Below, in pieces: positions 51,325 to 64,000 of a stretch of 64,000 nucleotides of DNA. Below the pieces are notes generated by a model. The model searched no databases, had not been told where the DNA came from, and saw only the letters and a program-made list of their open reading frames with translations. The DNA is from Octopus vulgaris. Lineage: Eukaryota. Made by a program: the position numbers and the translations under genes. The first letter of the stretch is position 1, and each line of letters begins with the position of its first letter. The stretch lies in the NCBI GenBank assembly GCA_951406725.2, contig OX597821.1, positions 70,370,001-70,434,000 of the forward strand. Reading direction: 5' to 3'.

Positions 51325-52681
51325 TTCCTTGGCTGCTACTTTACAACGGAATTTAATATATGGCAATGTTATACTGAATAAACCAACCGAAAATGCTGCC
51401 CGTGTTTAATGTCTACAAATAAAACAGTTGTATCTCTCGCGAAAGTGTTTCGATCTTGGTCTGAAGACGCAAAGTTTTGGCTGTTTTTATTTACCTGTGA
51501 ATAAAAAAGTAAATTAAAATTTGCGCAAAAACTTCTCATCCAATCAGAAGCCAGATAAATGTCATGTGATCTCACCAGTATTTTCAAAGCAATCACGTGT
51601 CACGCAGCAGAAACATTTATCAATTACTACAACACTCCCATGTGATGACAACAATAATAACAACAACAACGACTCACCACCACCGCCGCCACTACTACTA
51701 CTACTACTGCTACTACTACTATTACTATGCATTGATAACAAAACCCATAAGAAATTCCAAATTATTCCACGATATATATTTTAACTATTTTTCCAGATAA
51801 TACAGTTCTATATTTAAGAGATGAGGAATTATGTACATTATTTACATTTGACGGATAATTGTCCACACCTGACGAGCTAGCTTTTGATTGAGTTTCTCTA
51901 TATGTCTCCATTGAAGTCCAATGTTGGCTCCGTACCTATTACATTACATTATTCTCCTTAAAATATCTTTTTCGAGAATATCTGGAAAATACATCATTTA
52001 CATTTGACAGACATTTGTCCTCATCTTAAATATAGAACCGTGTAATGTAATAGGTACGGAGCCAACATTGGACTTCAATGGAGACATACAGAGAAACTTA
52101 ATCAAAAGCTAGCTCGTCAGGTGTGGACAATTATCCGTCAAATGTAAATTAATGTAAATAACGTAGATAATTCCTCATCTCTTAAATATAGGACTGTATT
52201 ATCTGGAAAAATAGTTAAAATATATATCGTGGAATAATTTGGAATTTCTTATGGGTTTTGTTATCAATGCATAGTAACAGTAGTAGTAGCAGTAGTAGTA
52301 GTAGTAGTAGTAGTAACGGTGGTGGTGGTGAGTCGTTGTTGTTGTTATTTTTGTTGTCATCGCATGGGAGTGTTGTAGTAATTGATAAAAGTTTCTGCTG
52401 CCTGACATGTGATTGCTTTGAAAATACTGATGAGATCACATGACATTTATCTGGCTTCTGATTGGATGAGAAGTTTGCGCGCAAATTTTAATTTACTTTT
52501 TTATTCACAGGTAAATAAAAACAGCCAACACTTTGCGTCTTCAGACCATGGTTCGCAACACTTTCGCGAGAGATACAATTGTTTTATTTGTAGACATTAA
52601 ACACGGGCAGCATTTTCGGTTGGTTTATTCAGTATAACATTGCCGTATATTACATTCCGTTGTAAAGTAGCAGCCAAGGAA
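51325..52681. promoter_or_regulatory. Divergent (head-to-head) promoter region of copies E and F
   Basis: Two inverted promoter copies; start codons 51324(-) and 52682(+) are ~1.36 kb apart. Confidence 0.55.
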
Positions 52682-55600
52682 ATGAACCGAAATAACAGCA
52701 GGTACATTTGGAAAGGAGAAGGGAAAGAAAACCAGCCAGAGTATCAAGTATCGGACACGGATACCTACTTTAACAACTACCATCGTTACAGAAATAACCG
52801 TTGGCAGCCATATTGCTTACAAGGACATCGTAGCCTATCTGGCTTTGGAAATGGCAGCAGAAGATATCTTCAACATCGGAATTTGCAGCAATCGCATTAT
52901 GCACAGTATACAAGAAGCCGTTATCAACGACAAAATGAAAAGCAACCATGGCTTTTATCGCAATCAACCACCACTAATTCCAATTCAATGCTTCAATCCC
53001 CAATAGTGTCTATGGACTCATATCATACAATTCCGCCTGTTGTTCAACAAAACAAGGTACTCCAGGCTCCTGATGGAAGTACACACGGTAAGTACTTTGC
53101 TAATAATTTTACTCTTTAAATACATGATTTCTATTGTTAATCTTTGTTTAATACGTAAATTCTTTCCTGTTAATAAATTAATTAACGTTTCTATATTTTC
53201 AGAATTTAACGGCTATCATGTACAAGATGGCCGACCTGATGCTTCAGGTACTCTTGAAATGGAAACGGATGTAAACAATGTTCAGGTAATTTCACAATCA
53301 TTATATTTAATCCGTTCTTGCTGCATTTTTTTGTTTTGTTTTATGTTATCGTATTTTCATAGGAATGTTTCTGAGATTTCAAAAGTCTGACACAAGTTCA
53401 TCGTTTCTTTAATACGTTATTGGATTTTATTTCTATATTTTCAGAATAATCAAGAATACAAAAGTGAAGAAAAAGAAAGGAAATCAGAGAATAATCGAGT
53501 AAAATGGAAAAATTATAAAGCGAAATATGGCGACGAGTTGAAGATAAAATCGACAATTCGCTTTAAATCTCTCGTAGACAAAATTAAGGACAACACTTGT
53601 AATTTAAAAGTACATTATGTGGAAGATCGTTTCAAAAATAACCAGAATGGAGAGATTTACGATGTAAAAGCATTCCATGTAAGTAAATATTATGTTTATG
53701 TTGTTATTTCTCAATTTTTTATTCAAATTATAAATCTATGCGATTGTATTATATTAATTTTAAAAGTGTTAATTAGATTGAATATATTATAAAAGTTAGC
53801 GATAACAGTTAACAAACTCTTTATATCTCTTGGTGAACAGCAAAATATTTGAATTGTTCTTACTTTGTTGCGTTTCTAGCTGAAATTTCATTGTTTTTCT
53901 GTTCACAAGGAGGTAGCTAGCTTATAAGTTATTCAGAGTAAAGGTAAATAAGGACGAAATGGTCCTTTAATACGTTGGTAATGTGGTCAATTAACGAATT
54001 TATAATCGCCACATTGCCTATTCAATCATCTGGATATTTTTATGTAAATATATTTTCAGTTATTATGTCAATGTTGATTGATGTGATTATAAACAAAGGA
54101 AAATAATGCGAATTGAGATCCCAGATAGTTTCACGCACACACACACACATTTCCCCCACTTTCCCTTGTATATGTATGATGTCTTTAATAAACAATTTCG
54201 TTCACCTTATATTTCAGAATGAACCAATGAAAGATTACAACGAATCAAAGATGGAAGTTAACACCAATCAAACAAAATGGAAGCTGTATAAACTTAAACA
54301 CGGTAATGAGCTGAAAGTGAAGTGCAGCCTCACGCCAATGTACCCTTCCGTATCTCAACAGAAGATGAGGAATATTTTACCAAATTTTGATACAACAAAC
54401 TTCACAACGTAAGTTCATTTCATCTTTCTTTCAATTATAATCTTTCTTAATCCACATCATAATTAACATATTTATTTATCTCTATTTGCATGAAACATAT
54501 TCTCAATCTTGACTAAACGACATTATTTTCTCTTTCAGTGTCTCTCAGTCACTCGTCCACAAACTTTACTCTGGGAAACAATGTTCGATTTGTGGTGATA
54601 GGAGATCCAGTATTGATAACGATCACATGGATGCACATTTCAGGGAAAACTCTTTTGCAAAGCACAGAAACTATTCCAAACACAGGCACTGGTACCTGCA
54701 AGAAGATTATGCTGAAGGTAAATCTAGGAATTATAAAAATGTTTGGTCAGTAATATTCTCTTATTTTTGTTGTTGTATATTGTCTACAGGCCAAAATAAG
54801 AAATTGTGTTGTAATATTTTGATTTGTCTCGTGGCGTTTTTTATGTGTTTTAATGTGATTATTATTATGGTTATTTTCCAGAAAACCCGTTTGAACTTCA
54901 ACTAAGAAAACACCAACAGAATAAGAAAAAGAATATTACAGGACCGACAAAACATTCTGGCAATGATGTAAGTATATCCGTTTCTAGTTTTATTTCTAGT
55001 TTGTTCTCCTCTAAGTTGTTGTTTTACTTTTAAATGTGTTACTTGAAATTTAAATATTCTAATGTTAAAATATATTCTAATTATAAATAAATACACACCT
55101 GTATTTAATATTGTAGGAATTCATAGAAATATTGTGAAATGTTATAAGTATTTATGCAGTAAGTACTGTAATATTTATGTGTTTATGCCTGTGTCCTCTC
55201 ACTTAGCTGTTCAGTGAAAACATTGTATATATTCAAAGTACCAGGATGAAGTACATATTGGTGTGGAGGTGATTGGTCACATATATTGATGGATATACTC
55301 CGGTATGGCCATATTCCCAGGATTAAAAGACTCTGTTCATTTCTGACACTTACCTCTGGCACTTTTATTCTTTAGCTTATTTTAGCCAATCTTGATGTCT
55401 TTCACTTATTGCAATTCCAAGTTACACATGATTGTGTATATCATCACCTTCCAGAATTATATCAGTCCATGTCTAGCATTACAATAAGGAGTGCGACAAG
55501 TAAATTCCTCTCCACAAATACCTGGGCCAATTCCTCTTTTAGTAATTGGTATAATTTATTTCAGATATTTCTATAGATTAGTGAATTCCAAGTTATTGTT

Positions 55601-56182
55601 CAACTCGGTTAATATGAATTTGCAGACACATAATTCATCCTGGCCGTAAATCTCTTATCATTTCTCTGTTTTTATTTTTTAATGCTGAAACAATCTTCTC
55701 TAATCTCTTCTGATTTCATGTTCAACAGGTATGTTTTGTGTGTAAAGAAAAGTTTACTGAATTCTTCAATCATGAAGATGGTGAATGGCAGTTGAATGAT
55801 GCCATTGATATAGATGGAAACGTAAGTCTTTCTTTTTTTTATTATTTCTATTTCCTATTTTATTAATCAAGTGAAAACTTGTTGGATCCTGCTTTAACAT
55901 TTTATTTTTTCCCAGAGTGATTAAAATAATTAGCAGTTAATTTGTGTGGGTGATGTCATTGACTCAATTCTTCTTTCCTCTAATTTCTCATCTTCTTCTT
56001 ATATTAAGAATAATTAAGGTGAAATTAATATCTGTCTTTAACTACCCTGTTAAATAAATGAATGTGTGCTTAGATGTTTTATGATAAATTGCATCTGTTT
56101 AATCTGATCATATCTAAGAGTATTTTATTTTCTATTTCAGACTTACCATGAAATATGTGTTGAGGACCGACATAATGATTGA
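52682..56182 (+). CDS. PCF11: PCF11-like zinc-finger protein, copy F (8 exons, 437 aa; in-frame 33-nt deletion in exon 2)
   Basis: Exons 52682-53087, 53203-53285 (83 nt vs 116), 53445-53678, 54218-54408, 54539-54717, 54882-54967, 55729-55821, 56141-56182. Frame preserved; CSIC/H/H and CFVC/HEIC ligands intact. Confidence 0.85.
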
Positions 56183-57629
56183 TGCAGGCGTTTAACCCTG
56201 GCTAAATCCTGACTCTACAGTTCAATGGTAAAAGGAAGCTGTCATTTTAGATATCAAGAGGCATATAGACTAATGTGTTCTTCCTATTTGTATAATGGTA
56301 GAATTTGTTTTGCTGGGGAATTTACCTGTCATTTCTAGTGGGATTGTGTGATTCCTCAGAATAGCACTGATTCACTTGTTGCACCTCTTTTCGAATTGTG
56401 CTCCTCTTCCTACAACAATCTAAAGCAACAAGGATTATTAGACTACACTGCAAGAACTTATATTTCCTATATTCCAAGTGTGATTTGGTTCTTTTTATAT
56501 GTAGATATATTTTTAAAATGGAGAGCATTATAAAACTATCCGTATCGCAAAGCTTATATAGATGAGTTGTATATATTCATTTAATGCCTTTTGTATTTAT
56601 ATAATGTGTGTATCTCCTTGCCTCATGGTTCTGTTTATTCTCATAAACATACGTATATATATTTGTAAATATTGTCACATCAATTCCATATCTATATGTA
56701 ATTTCATTTTGGTAGGTTATATTTTTTATAAATAAATTTAAAAAGTCTCAACTTGTAAATAAATTGACTTGTATGTATATGTATATATTAATTCCATATC
56801 ATTTTAAAACTTTATGCATGAATTTATATCTGTAAATAATGATGGATCTTTTGATAAAATATATATACATACAGTGTTTCAATCCATAAATTTTAATTTT
56901 CACATATATTTTCAGAACTGTTTTACCTCATGAATATTTTACACCCCTCTATATATGCGTGTGTTTGTATGTATATGTAAAAAAATTCTACTTGTAATTA
57001 TTTAATATGCACTAAAATATGTAAATATGAGCAGACATGTCAATATTCTTTTCTATATATATATTAATATAAGTATAAAATATATTTTAGTATATATTTC
57101 ACCTTGTAAATAAACTTTACCAAACATGTAAATAAAACATTATTTTTACAATAATTATTTTGTTTGTTTTTATCTATTTCTTGAAATTTTTTTTATTTGA
57201 TTCAATATACAAGTGTATATGAAAGGCATCTGAAAAATAATGCTTTTCTCTAAATCTGTTTGCAGTAGAGTAGGAAATGATTTCAAATCTGTAATATGGT
57301 TGGAATTAGGAAGGGCAACTGACCATATCAAGCTAGTATTTGGTGTTCCCTGAAGTGGCCTGTTTCCTCAGGTTCTTTTGAATCGTCCACCTCATACGAC
57401 CAAAGGAAATAAGCTTTCAGAGGGCAAGAATCATGATGCTTTATATCTTTTAAAGACATGGATTCAGTGAGGTCAAAAAATGGACTGTACCATGTTCTAA
57501 GAGTGAAGAAACCAAGCCTAGACTTGTTCTTTGAAGAAATCTCTTCTTTCTATCCAATGATGCCAGCACCTGCTTCAATAGCAATGAATTTGATTTGTAT
57601 TGATTTGTCACCAGTATTCTATCTAAATC

Positions 57630-58360
57630 TTTGTTAGTGTGATTGTATGTCATAGAAAGGAGTCTATATAAGCTGCTGGATGCTGGGGTTGCATCTAGAG
57701 ATGTGTTAGGGAAACAAATCAAACGAGCTACCTGTATTTTGCTAATATGTAGTATTTATTGTCAATGTGATTGTATGTTATAGAAATGAGCCTATATAAG
57801 CTGCTCGATGCTGGGTTTGCAACTGAAGATGTTTTAGGGAAACGAATCAAACGAGCTATCCGTATTTTGCTAATAAGTAGTATTTTTTGTTAGTTTGATT
57901 GTATGTTATATAAAAATGAGCCTAAATAAGGTGCTGGATGCTGGGGTTGCACCTGGACATGTTTTAGGGAAATGAATGAAACGAGCTACCTGTATTTTGC
58001 TAATGCGTAGTATATTTTGCTGGTGTGATTTTATGTTATAGAAATGAGCCTATATAAGGTGCCAGATGCTGGGGTTGCACCTGGAGATGTGTTAGGCAAA
58101 CGAATCAAACAAGCTACCTGTATTTTGCTAAGGAGTAGTATTTTTTGCTAGTGTGATCGTATGTTATAGAAATGAGCCTATATAAGCTGCTGGATGCTGG
58201 TGTTTTACCTGAAGAGGTTTTAGGGAAATGAATCAAACGAGCTACCTGTATTTTGCTAATGTGATTGTATGTTATGGAAATGAGCCTAAATAAGGTGCAG
58301 GATGCTGGTGTTGCACCTGGAGATGATTTAGGCAAACGAATCAAGTATTTCTATTTTGTT
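57630..58360 (-). repeat. 128-bp satellite, ~6 units
   Basis: Reverse-complement units; one has a small internal deletion near 58260. Confidence 0.9.
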
Positions 58361-59625
58361 AAAGTGTGTTTTTTATGTTATTCTTAACTTACACTGATTG
58401 AAACAGACACTGGTTGTGTCAGAGTCACTGACTCAAACATCCACAAGCACAAATATATACTCGATAGGCTTCCTCACAGTTTCTTCTTACCAAATTCTCT
58501 AACAACACATTGATCAGGGATTAAATATACAAGTGTATATGAAAGGAGTCTGAAAATAATGCTTTTCACTAAATCTGTTTGTAGTAGAGTAGGAATTGAT
58601 TTCAAATCTGCAATGTGGCTGGAATTAGGACGGGCAACTGACCATATCAAGCTAGAATTTGGTGTTCCCTGAAGTGGCCTGTTTCATCAGTTCTTTTCAA
58701 TCAACCACCTCATACGACCAAAGGAAATAAGCTTTCAGAGGGTGAGGATCATGATGCTTGACATCTTTTAAAGACATGGATTCAATGAAGTCAAGAAATG
58801 GACTGTAGCATGTTCTAAGATTGAAGAAATCAAGCCTAGACTTGTTCTTTGAAGAAGTCTCTTCTTTGTATCCAATTTTGCACCATGTTCTATGGTAATA
58901 GTTTTAGACAAATGTCTTCACAATGGATACCAATCTGTAGATAACAGTTTCTGTTTTTTAGTGGCTTTTATAATCCAAATCTCATAGAATATTAACTGCA
59001 TTTTGTGAAGGTAATTATGGATAAGGCATCATCATCATCAATTAACGTACCCTTTTCTATGCTTGTATGTGTTTAGGGGAATTTACTGAGGCAGACTTTC
59101 TATAATTGGATGCTCTTCTTTTCAACAGCAATCACCTGTTTCCAAGTAAGGTAATTCTTCCCCATAGCTGGATATTCTTGTCATGGAAGTCTGGAATCCC
59201 CGCCACCACACACTCAGTGACACTGTGAAGTGGTCAAAACTGAAATTCTTTCTTTTTTTCCTTGGAGTCAATATTCTGTCCAGCAGACCAAAAAAAATTC
59301 TTTTCTTCTTCTTCCCTCTCCCTTCCCCTCTTTCTCTTTAGCACCCATCCCAGATACAAATACACATGCACACATACACACATGTTCTCTCTCTCACTTT
59401 CTCCTCATCCATCACCCTCTTGTACTGTCTTATATTCCTCCCACCACTACAAAACTCTATAAAATGGTCAAATCTCACACAGGAACTTAGTTTGATTTGA
59501 AAACCCCACTAGAATGGGAGAAAGCGCTAATGATCTAAGTGATATGATATATATATAAAAAAATGTAATATACAAATAAATATCTGGAAATATAAACCAT
59601 CCGATCTTCTGAGTACCACATTTCT

Positions 59626-59662
<37 letters not shown>

Positions 59663-59719
59663 CACACACACACACACACAAACGTGACAGAAGTAAATAG
59701 ACATGACGCAAAACGTTAT

Positions 59720-60680
59720 TTCATGTTTATTTTAGCTTGAAAATGTTCATATTTGTTATGAATGGATATTTTTAAGCTTCATGTTCTATATGTGGCTGGT
59801 TAATCATTCCATGTACAAAAGGAGCCTTGGAATTGTCCAAATTTCAAAGAAGCTGGATTGTAAGTCAAAATGAAGGTGGACTTAGTCAGTGTAATGTCGT
59901 AGAAAACCTTGCGATCCCACATTCTACATTCTACATTCTGCTTAGGTTGACCAGGGACCTCTGACCAGTTCCTTTGCTTTATTAAGTGAAATGTGGAGGA
60001 TGATCCTCATTGCAAGACCTCTGACATAGAACAAGTTCATATCTGTCCCAGAACTGCTGTCAGATATCTCCACAAACTTGGCTGCAATGGAAGAGCAGCA
60101 AGAAGGAAGCAACTTCTTCAACCATCCAATACCAATGGCCAGTGAGATGATGGAGTGGCCACTAGCACTTTGGGACACTATCATATTCTCTGAATAGTCC
60201 AAATTTGCTGTATTTTCTGACAGTGGTTGGGAATGGGTCTAGAGACTCTTTGATCAAGAAATTGGCATGAAAAAGTTGCTGCCAACCAGACGATTCTGTA
60301 TTTATGGAAGATGGGGCTCCTTGTTACATGGCTAGAAAGAGCCAAGATTCGTTGGAAAAGAATGGCATTAAAAAGCTTCCATGGCCAAGCCAGTCACCGG
60401 GTATGAACCTGATTGAACATCTCTGGGGCATAATAGACAGGACACTTCATAAAGAGAACAACAAAGCATTCTCAAAGCCAGATCTTTTGAGATTACTGCA
60501 TGAAACTTGGCAAGAAATTCTCCAAGAGTACATTCATCATCTGATCAGTAGAATGTCTTATAGGATCCTTGAATCGAAAAATGCAAAGGGCATCTCTACT
60601 AAATATAAGATATTTACATTATTATATGTAATTAATTTGAATGCCTAATTTCAGATTTAAATAAATTTTAATGATTATAA
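59720..60680 (+). mobile_element. Decayed Tc1-family transposon, inverted and longer copy
   Basis: ORF 60304-60648 DD34E tail. Also retains the N-terminal HTH remnant FQRSWIVSQNEGGLSQCNVVENLAIPHST (~59843-59930), absent from the other two copies. Confidence 0.88.
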
Positions 60681-60716
60681 GGGTGTCTATTTACTTCTGT
60701 CTTTTCTGTGTGTATA

Positions 60717-60770
<54 letters not shown>

Positions 60771-62624
60771 GGTATTTATATATATATATATATATATATA
60801 TTGACTGATGATAGAGTATGGACGGATTGTTGAAGTCCAATGATACCCTATAACTATTTGATTATGAAGATTTACAAACTTTCTCAGTGAAACTCAATAT
60901 ACCAACCATTATAGATAATACAAAATGTACATTTTCATAATGTGATGGAAGTCTTTTGTATAGCAATTGCATGCGGCTGAAGAGGGCTTTAAACCATCTG
61001 TTATGTCGATTATACATTGATGTAAAAATAGGTTGTTGTATAAAGCTTGAAACAGCGACATCCTTTGTGTTCTGTTTTTTATTTCATTTGATGCATATAC
61101 CCTCTCACCTCTGCTACTAACTGGCATATACAGGTGCTTACACTTATCAAGTATTCACCCTGAATTTATTGAACCTACCTATATATATATAGTGCTAGTA
61201 AGGCGTCGCTTTTTAGCACTTGTGCTGGTGGCATGTAAAACATTTGAGCGAGGTCGTCGCCAGTGCCACTGGACTGGCTCCTGTGCAGGTGGCACGTAAA
61301 AAGCACCATTTTAGCATGGCCATTGCCAGTACCACCAAACTGGCCCTCATGCCGGTGGCATGTAAATGCACCCACTACTCTCTCGAAGTGGTTGGCATTA
61401 GGAAGGGCATCCAGCTGTAGAAACTCTGCCAGATCAGATTGGAGTCTGGTTCGCCAGACCTCAGTCAAATCGTCCAACCCATGCTAGCATGGAAAGTGGA
61501 CGTTAAATGATGATAATGATATATATATATACATATATATTGTTTTTAGTATTTGGTTTGCAAGATTCTTTATGTGTTGAAACTTATTTTATTGTGTCTG
61601 GGGGTGAGTCATTTGCTTTTAGTGTCTTATTAATTTGACACACTCAGTGGTCTGATTTCCACTCATTTACTTATTTATTTTTTACTAAAATTTTCATTGT
61701 GTCTTGCAACCTTTTCAAGAGCTGTTGAACCCAAGATCACATAATAGGGAAGCAAGATTCTTAACATGCATCCACACCTGCCCCCTTTACGCTACAAATT
61801 ATACTAACTACACATATATATTAGTTTCAAATTTTGACACTAGGCCTACAATTCGGGGGTGAGGGTGGAGTCAATTACATCAATACCAGTGCTCAACTGG
61901 TGGTTATTTAATCCACTTCAAAATGGATGAAAGGCAAAGTTACCCTTGGTAGAATTTGAAAAGCAATGCCAACCCCAGCTGTATTTGAACTCAGAATGTA
62001 ATGATGGTATTTTGCCAACTGACCGCTTTATAAGTAATGTATTTTACTAATTTGAAATAACATCACAGCATCTTAACAGTTGTTATGTTATTTTAGTTGA
62101 AACTCAGCAATCCAGCTGTGACATTTCTCATATTTTTCTGTGTCTCTACAACTAAATAATCAAATGTGTCCTTCCCATTTATTTAAAATTATGATGTGAT
62201 TTGAGGGACATTTAGCTGCTATATCTTGAAGCTATTAGCTAAATACTATTTTATGTTGATGTTATTATACACCATTTTGTGGGTGATTTTATGGAAAATG
62301 TATTTCATATGCGATGTTATGTTAGATAAGTGGTAGCACCCACCCAGTATTTTGCCATATTTGTTATAAGAGTGGATGCATCTAATGAAGAAAGAAAATA
62401 GAATCTAATTGAATAAATCAAATAGATGGGAAGAACATTGGTTCAATAGTTGATGATATTTTAATCATTTCAGCAAGTGGGAGACAACTCAAGACATATT
62501 TCTATCATATTGGATTTATTCAGTGAAGCATAAACTTCCCTGGACATGCTGAAGCAGTGCTTAGAGAATCTCAAAATAAAATGAATGTAGAATAACCTAA
62601 CTAGGCATAGAAAATGAGTGTATA

Positions 62625-62831
62625 TACTCTTTTACTTGTTTCAGTTGTTTGACTGCGGCCATGCTGGAGCACCACCATTAGTCGAACAAATCGCCCCCAG
62701 GACTTATTCTTTGTAAGCCAAGCACCTATTCTATCGGTCTCTTGTGCCAAACTGCTAAGTTACAGGGATATAAACACACCAACATCGGTTGTCAAGCGAT
62801 GGTAGGGGGACAGACATATACGCACAAACAT

Positions 62832-62920
<89 letters not shown>

Positions 62921-64000
62921 CATATACAATAAGCTTCTTTCAGTTTCCATCTACCAAATTTTCTCACAAGTCTTTGGTTGGCCCTAGGCTATAGTAGAAA
63001 CACCTGCCCATGGTGCCATGCAGTGGGACTGAACCCATAACCATGTGGTTGGAAAGTAAGCTTCTCACCATACAGCCACTATATGGAAATATGTGGGATG
63101 GGTTACTGTTGATTTTTGTGTTTTTTTAAGATAATCTTTCTTACTGTGGGGGTCAGTAAATGATTAAATCAACCCCAGTACATAACTGCTACTTACTTTA
63201 TTGACCCCGAAAGGATGAAAGGCAGAGTTGATCTCAGCGGAATTTGAATGTTTCTACCTGCTCGCTGCCTTGCATATGACATATAATCTGAATCTACATG
63301 TAGTGGGATGTTTAGCTTAGTGGTAGAATACTCAGCTTATCTCTGAGAGGTATGGGTTCAATTCCCATCGCTGCCTGCTGATAACATTTCATAGGCACAG
63401 ATGTGACTGTGTTGTATGTGTGGCACCTTAGGCAAGTTTCTTCTGCTATAGCCTCAAACTGACCAAAGCCTTGTGAGTGGATTTGGTAGACGGAAACTGA
63501 AAGAAGCCTGTCGTATATATGTCATCATTTAATGTCCATTGTCCATGCTGGCATGTGTTGGACGGTTTGACTGGGCTGGCATGCCAGGATCCAATCTGAT
63601 TTGGAATGGTTTTCTATGGCTGGATGCTCTTTCTAACGCCAAGAGCGTAATTGGTGGTTTTACATACCAGCGGCACAGGTGCCATAGCCATAGTAGTGGC
63701 TGTGTGGTAAGAAGCTTGCTTCCCAACAACATACTTCTGGGTTCGGTCCCACTGCGTGGCACATTGGGCAAGTGTCTTCTACTATAGCCTCAGGCTGACC
63801 AAAGCCTTCTGAGTGGATTTGGTAGACGGAAACTGAAAGAAGCCCATTGCATATATGTGTGTGTGTGTGTATGTCTGTTTGTCCCCCACACCATTGCTTG
63901 ACCGCTGATGTTAGTGTGTTTTCAACCCCATAACTTAGCAGCTCGACAAAAGATACTGATAGAATAAGTACTAGGCTTATAAACAATAAGTCCAGGGGTC
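62625..64000. mobile_element. SINE cluster (inverted duplicate)
   Basis: Reverse complement of ~8875-10165. Confidence 0.75.
63305..63375 (+). pseudogene. tRNA-like pseudogene (inverted duplicate)
   Basis: Same element; the anticodon loop reads cttatct here. Confidence 0.6.

Larger units (their letters stand above)
34800..51810 (+). repeat. Segmental duplication, direct copy of ~2000-18627
   Basis: Same ordered content (3' fragment, RTE, SINEs, tRNA-like, Tc1, minus-strand gene); offset grows from ~32.7 kb (3800 vs 36488) to ~33.2 kb (18119 vs 51324). Confidence 0.93.
41560..64000. repeat. Large inverted repeat (palindrome) centred on 51949-52040
   Basis: 52041-64000 is the reverse complement of 51948 down to ~41560, apart from indels; the right arm runs off the window. 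Confidence 0.92.

Overview
AT-rich eukaryotic DNA, most likely octopus/cephalopod (inferred from the SINE families and (AT)n/(GAT)n tails; not verifiable here). Almost all ORFs in the supplied track are microsatellite, SINE or intron read-through artefacts. The real content is an amplified spliced gene family. Joining GT-AG exons by hand gives an 8-exon, 448-aa protein whose C-terminal third matches the zinc finger - Clp1-binding segment - zinc finger module of the 3'-end processing/termination factor PCF11. It has no recognisable N-terminal CTD-interacting domain; an R/N/Q/Y/S-rich exon and two mutually similar exons sit there instead. The window holds 4 apparently intact copies (14683-18119 -, 25126-28662 +, 47743-51324 -, 52682-56182 +), one 5'-truncated frameshifted copy, one promoter/start-only stub and two last-exon-only fragments. 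They are arranged as an ~33-kb direct segmental duplication, an ~8-kb tandem triplication and a head-to-head palindrome with >10-kb arms around a 92-bp spacer (51949-52040). A 128-bp satellite that appears to derive from a decayed LINE reverse transcriptase lies near the unit boundaries. Decayed Tc1 (DD34E), RTE-type LINE fragments, SINEs and a pseudo-tRNA were co-duplicated. All homology calls come from motif recognition by eye, not from database searches.
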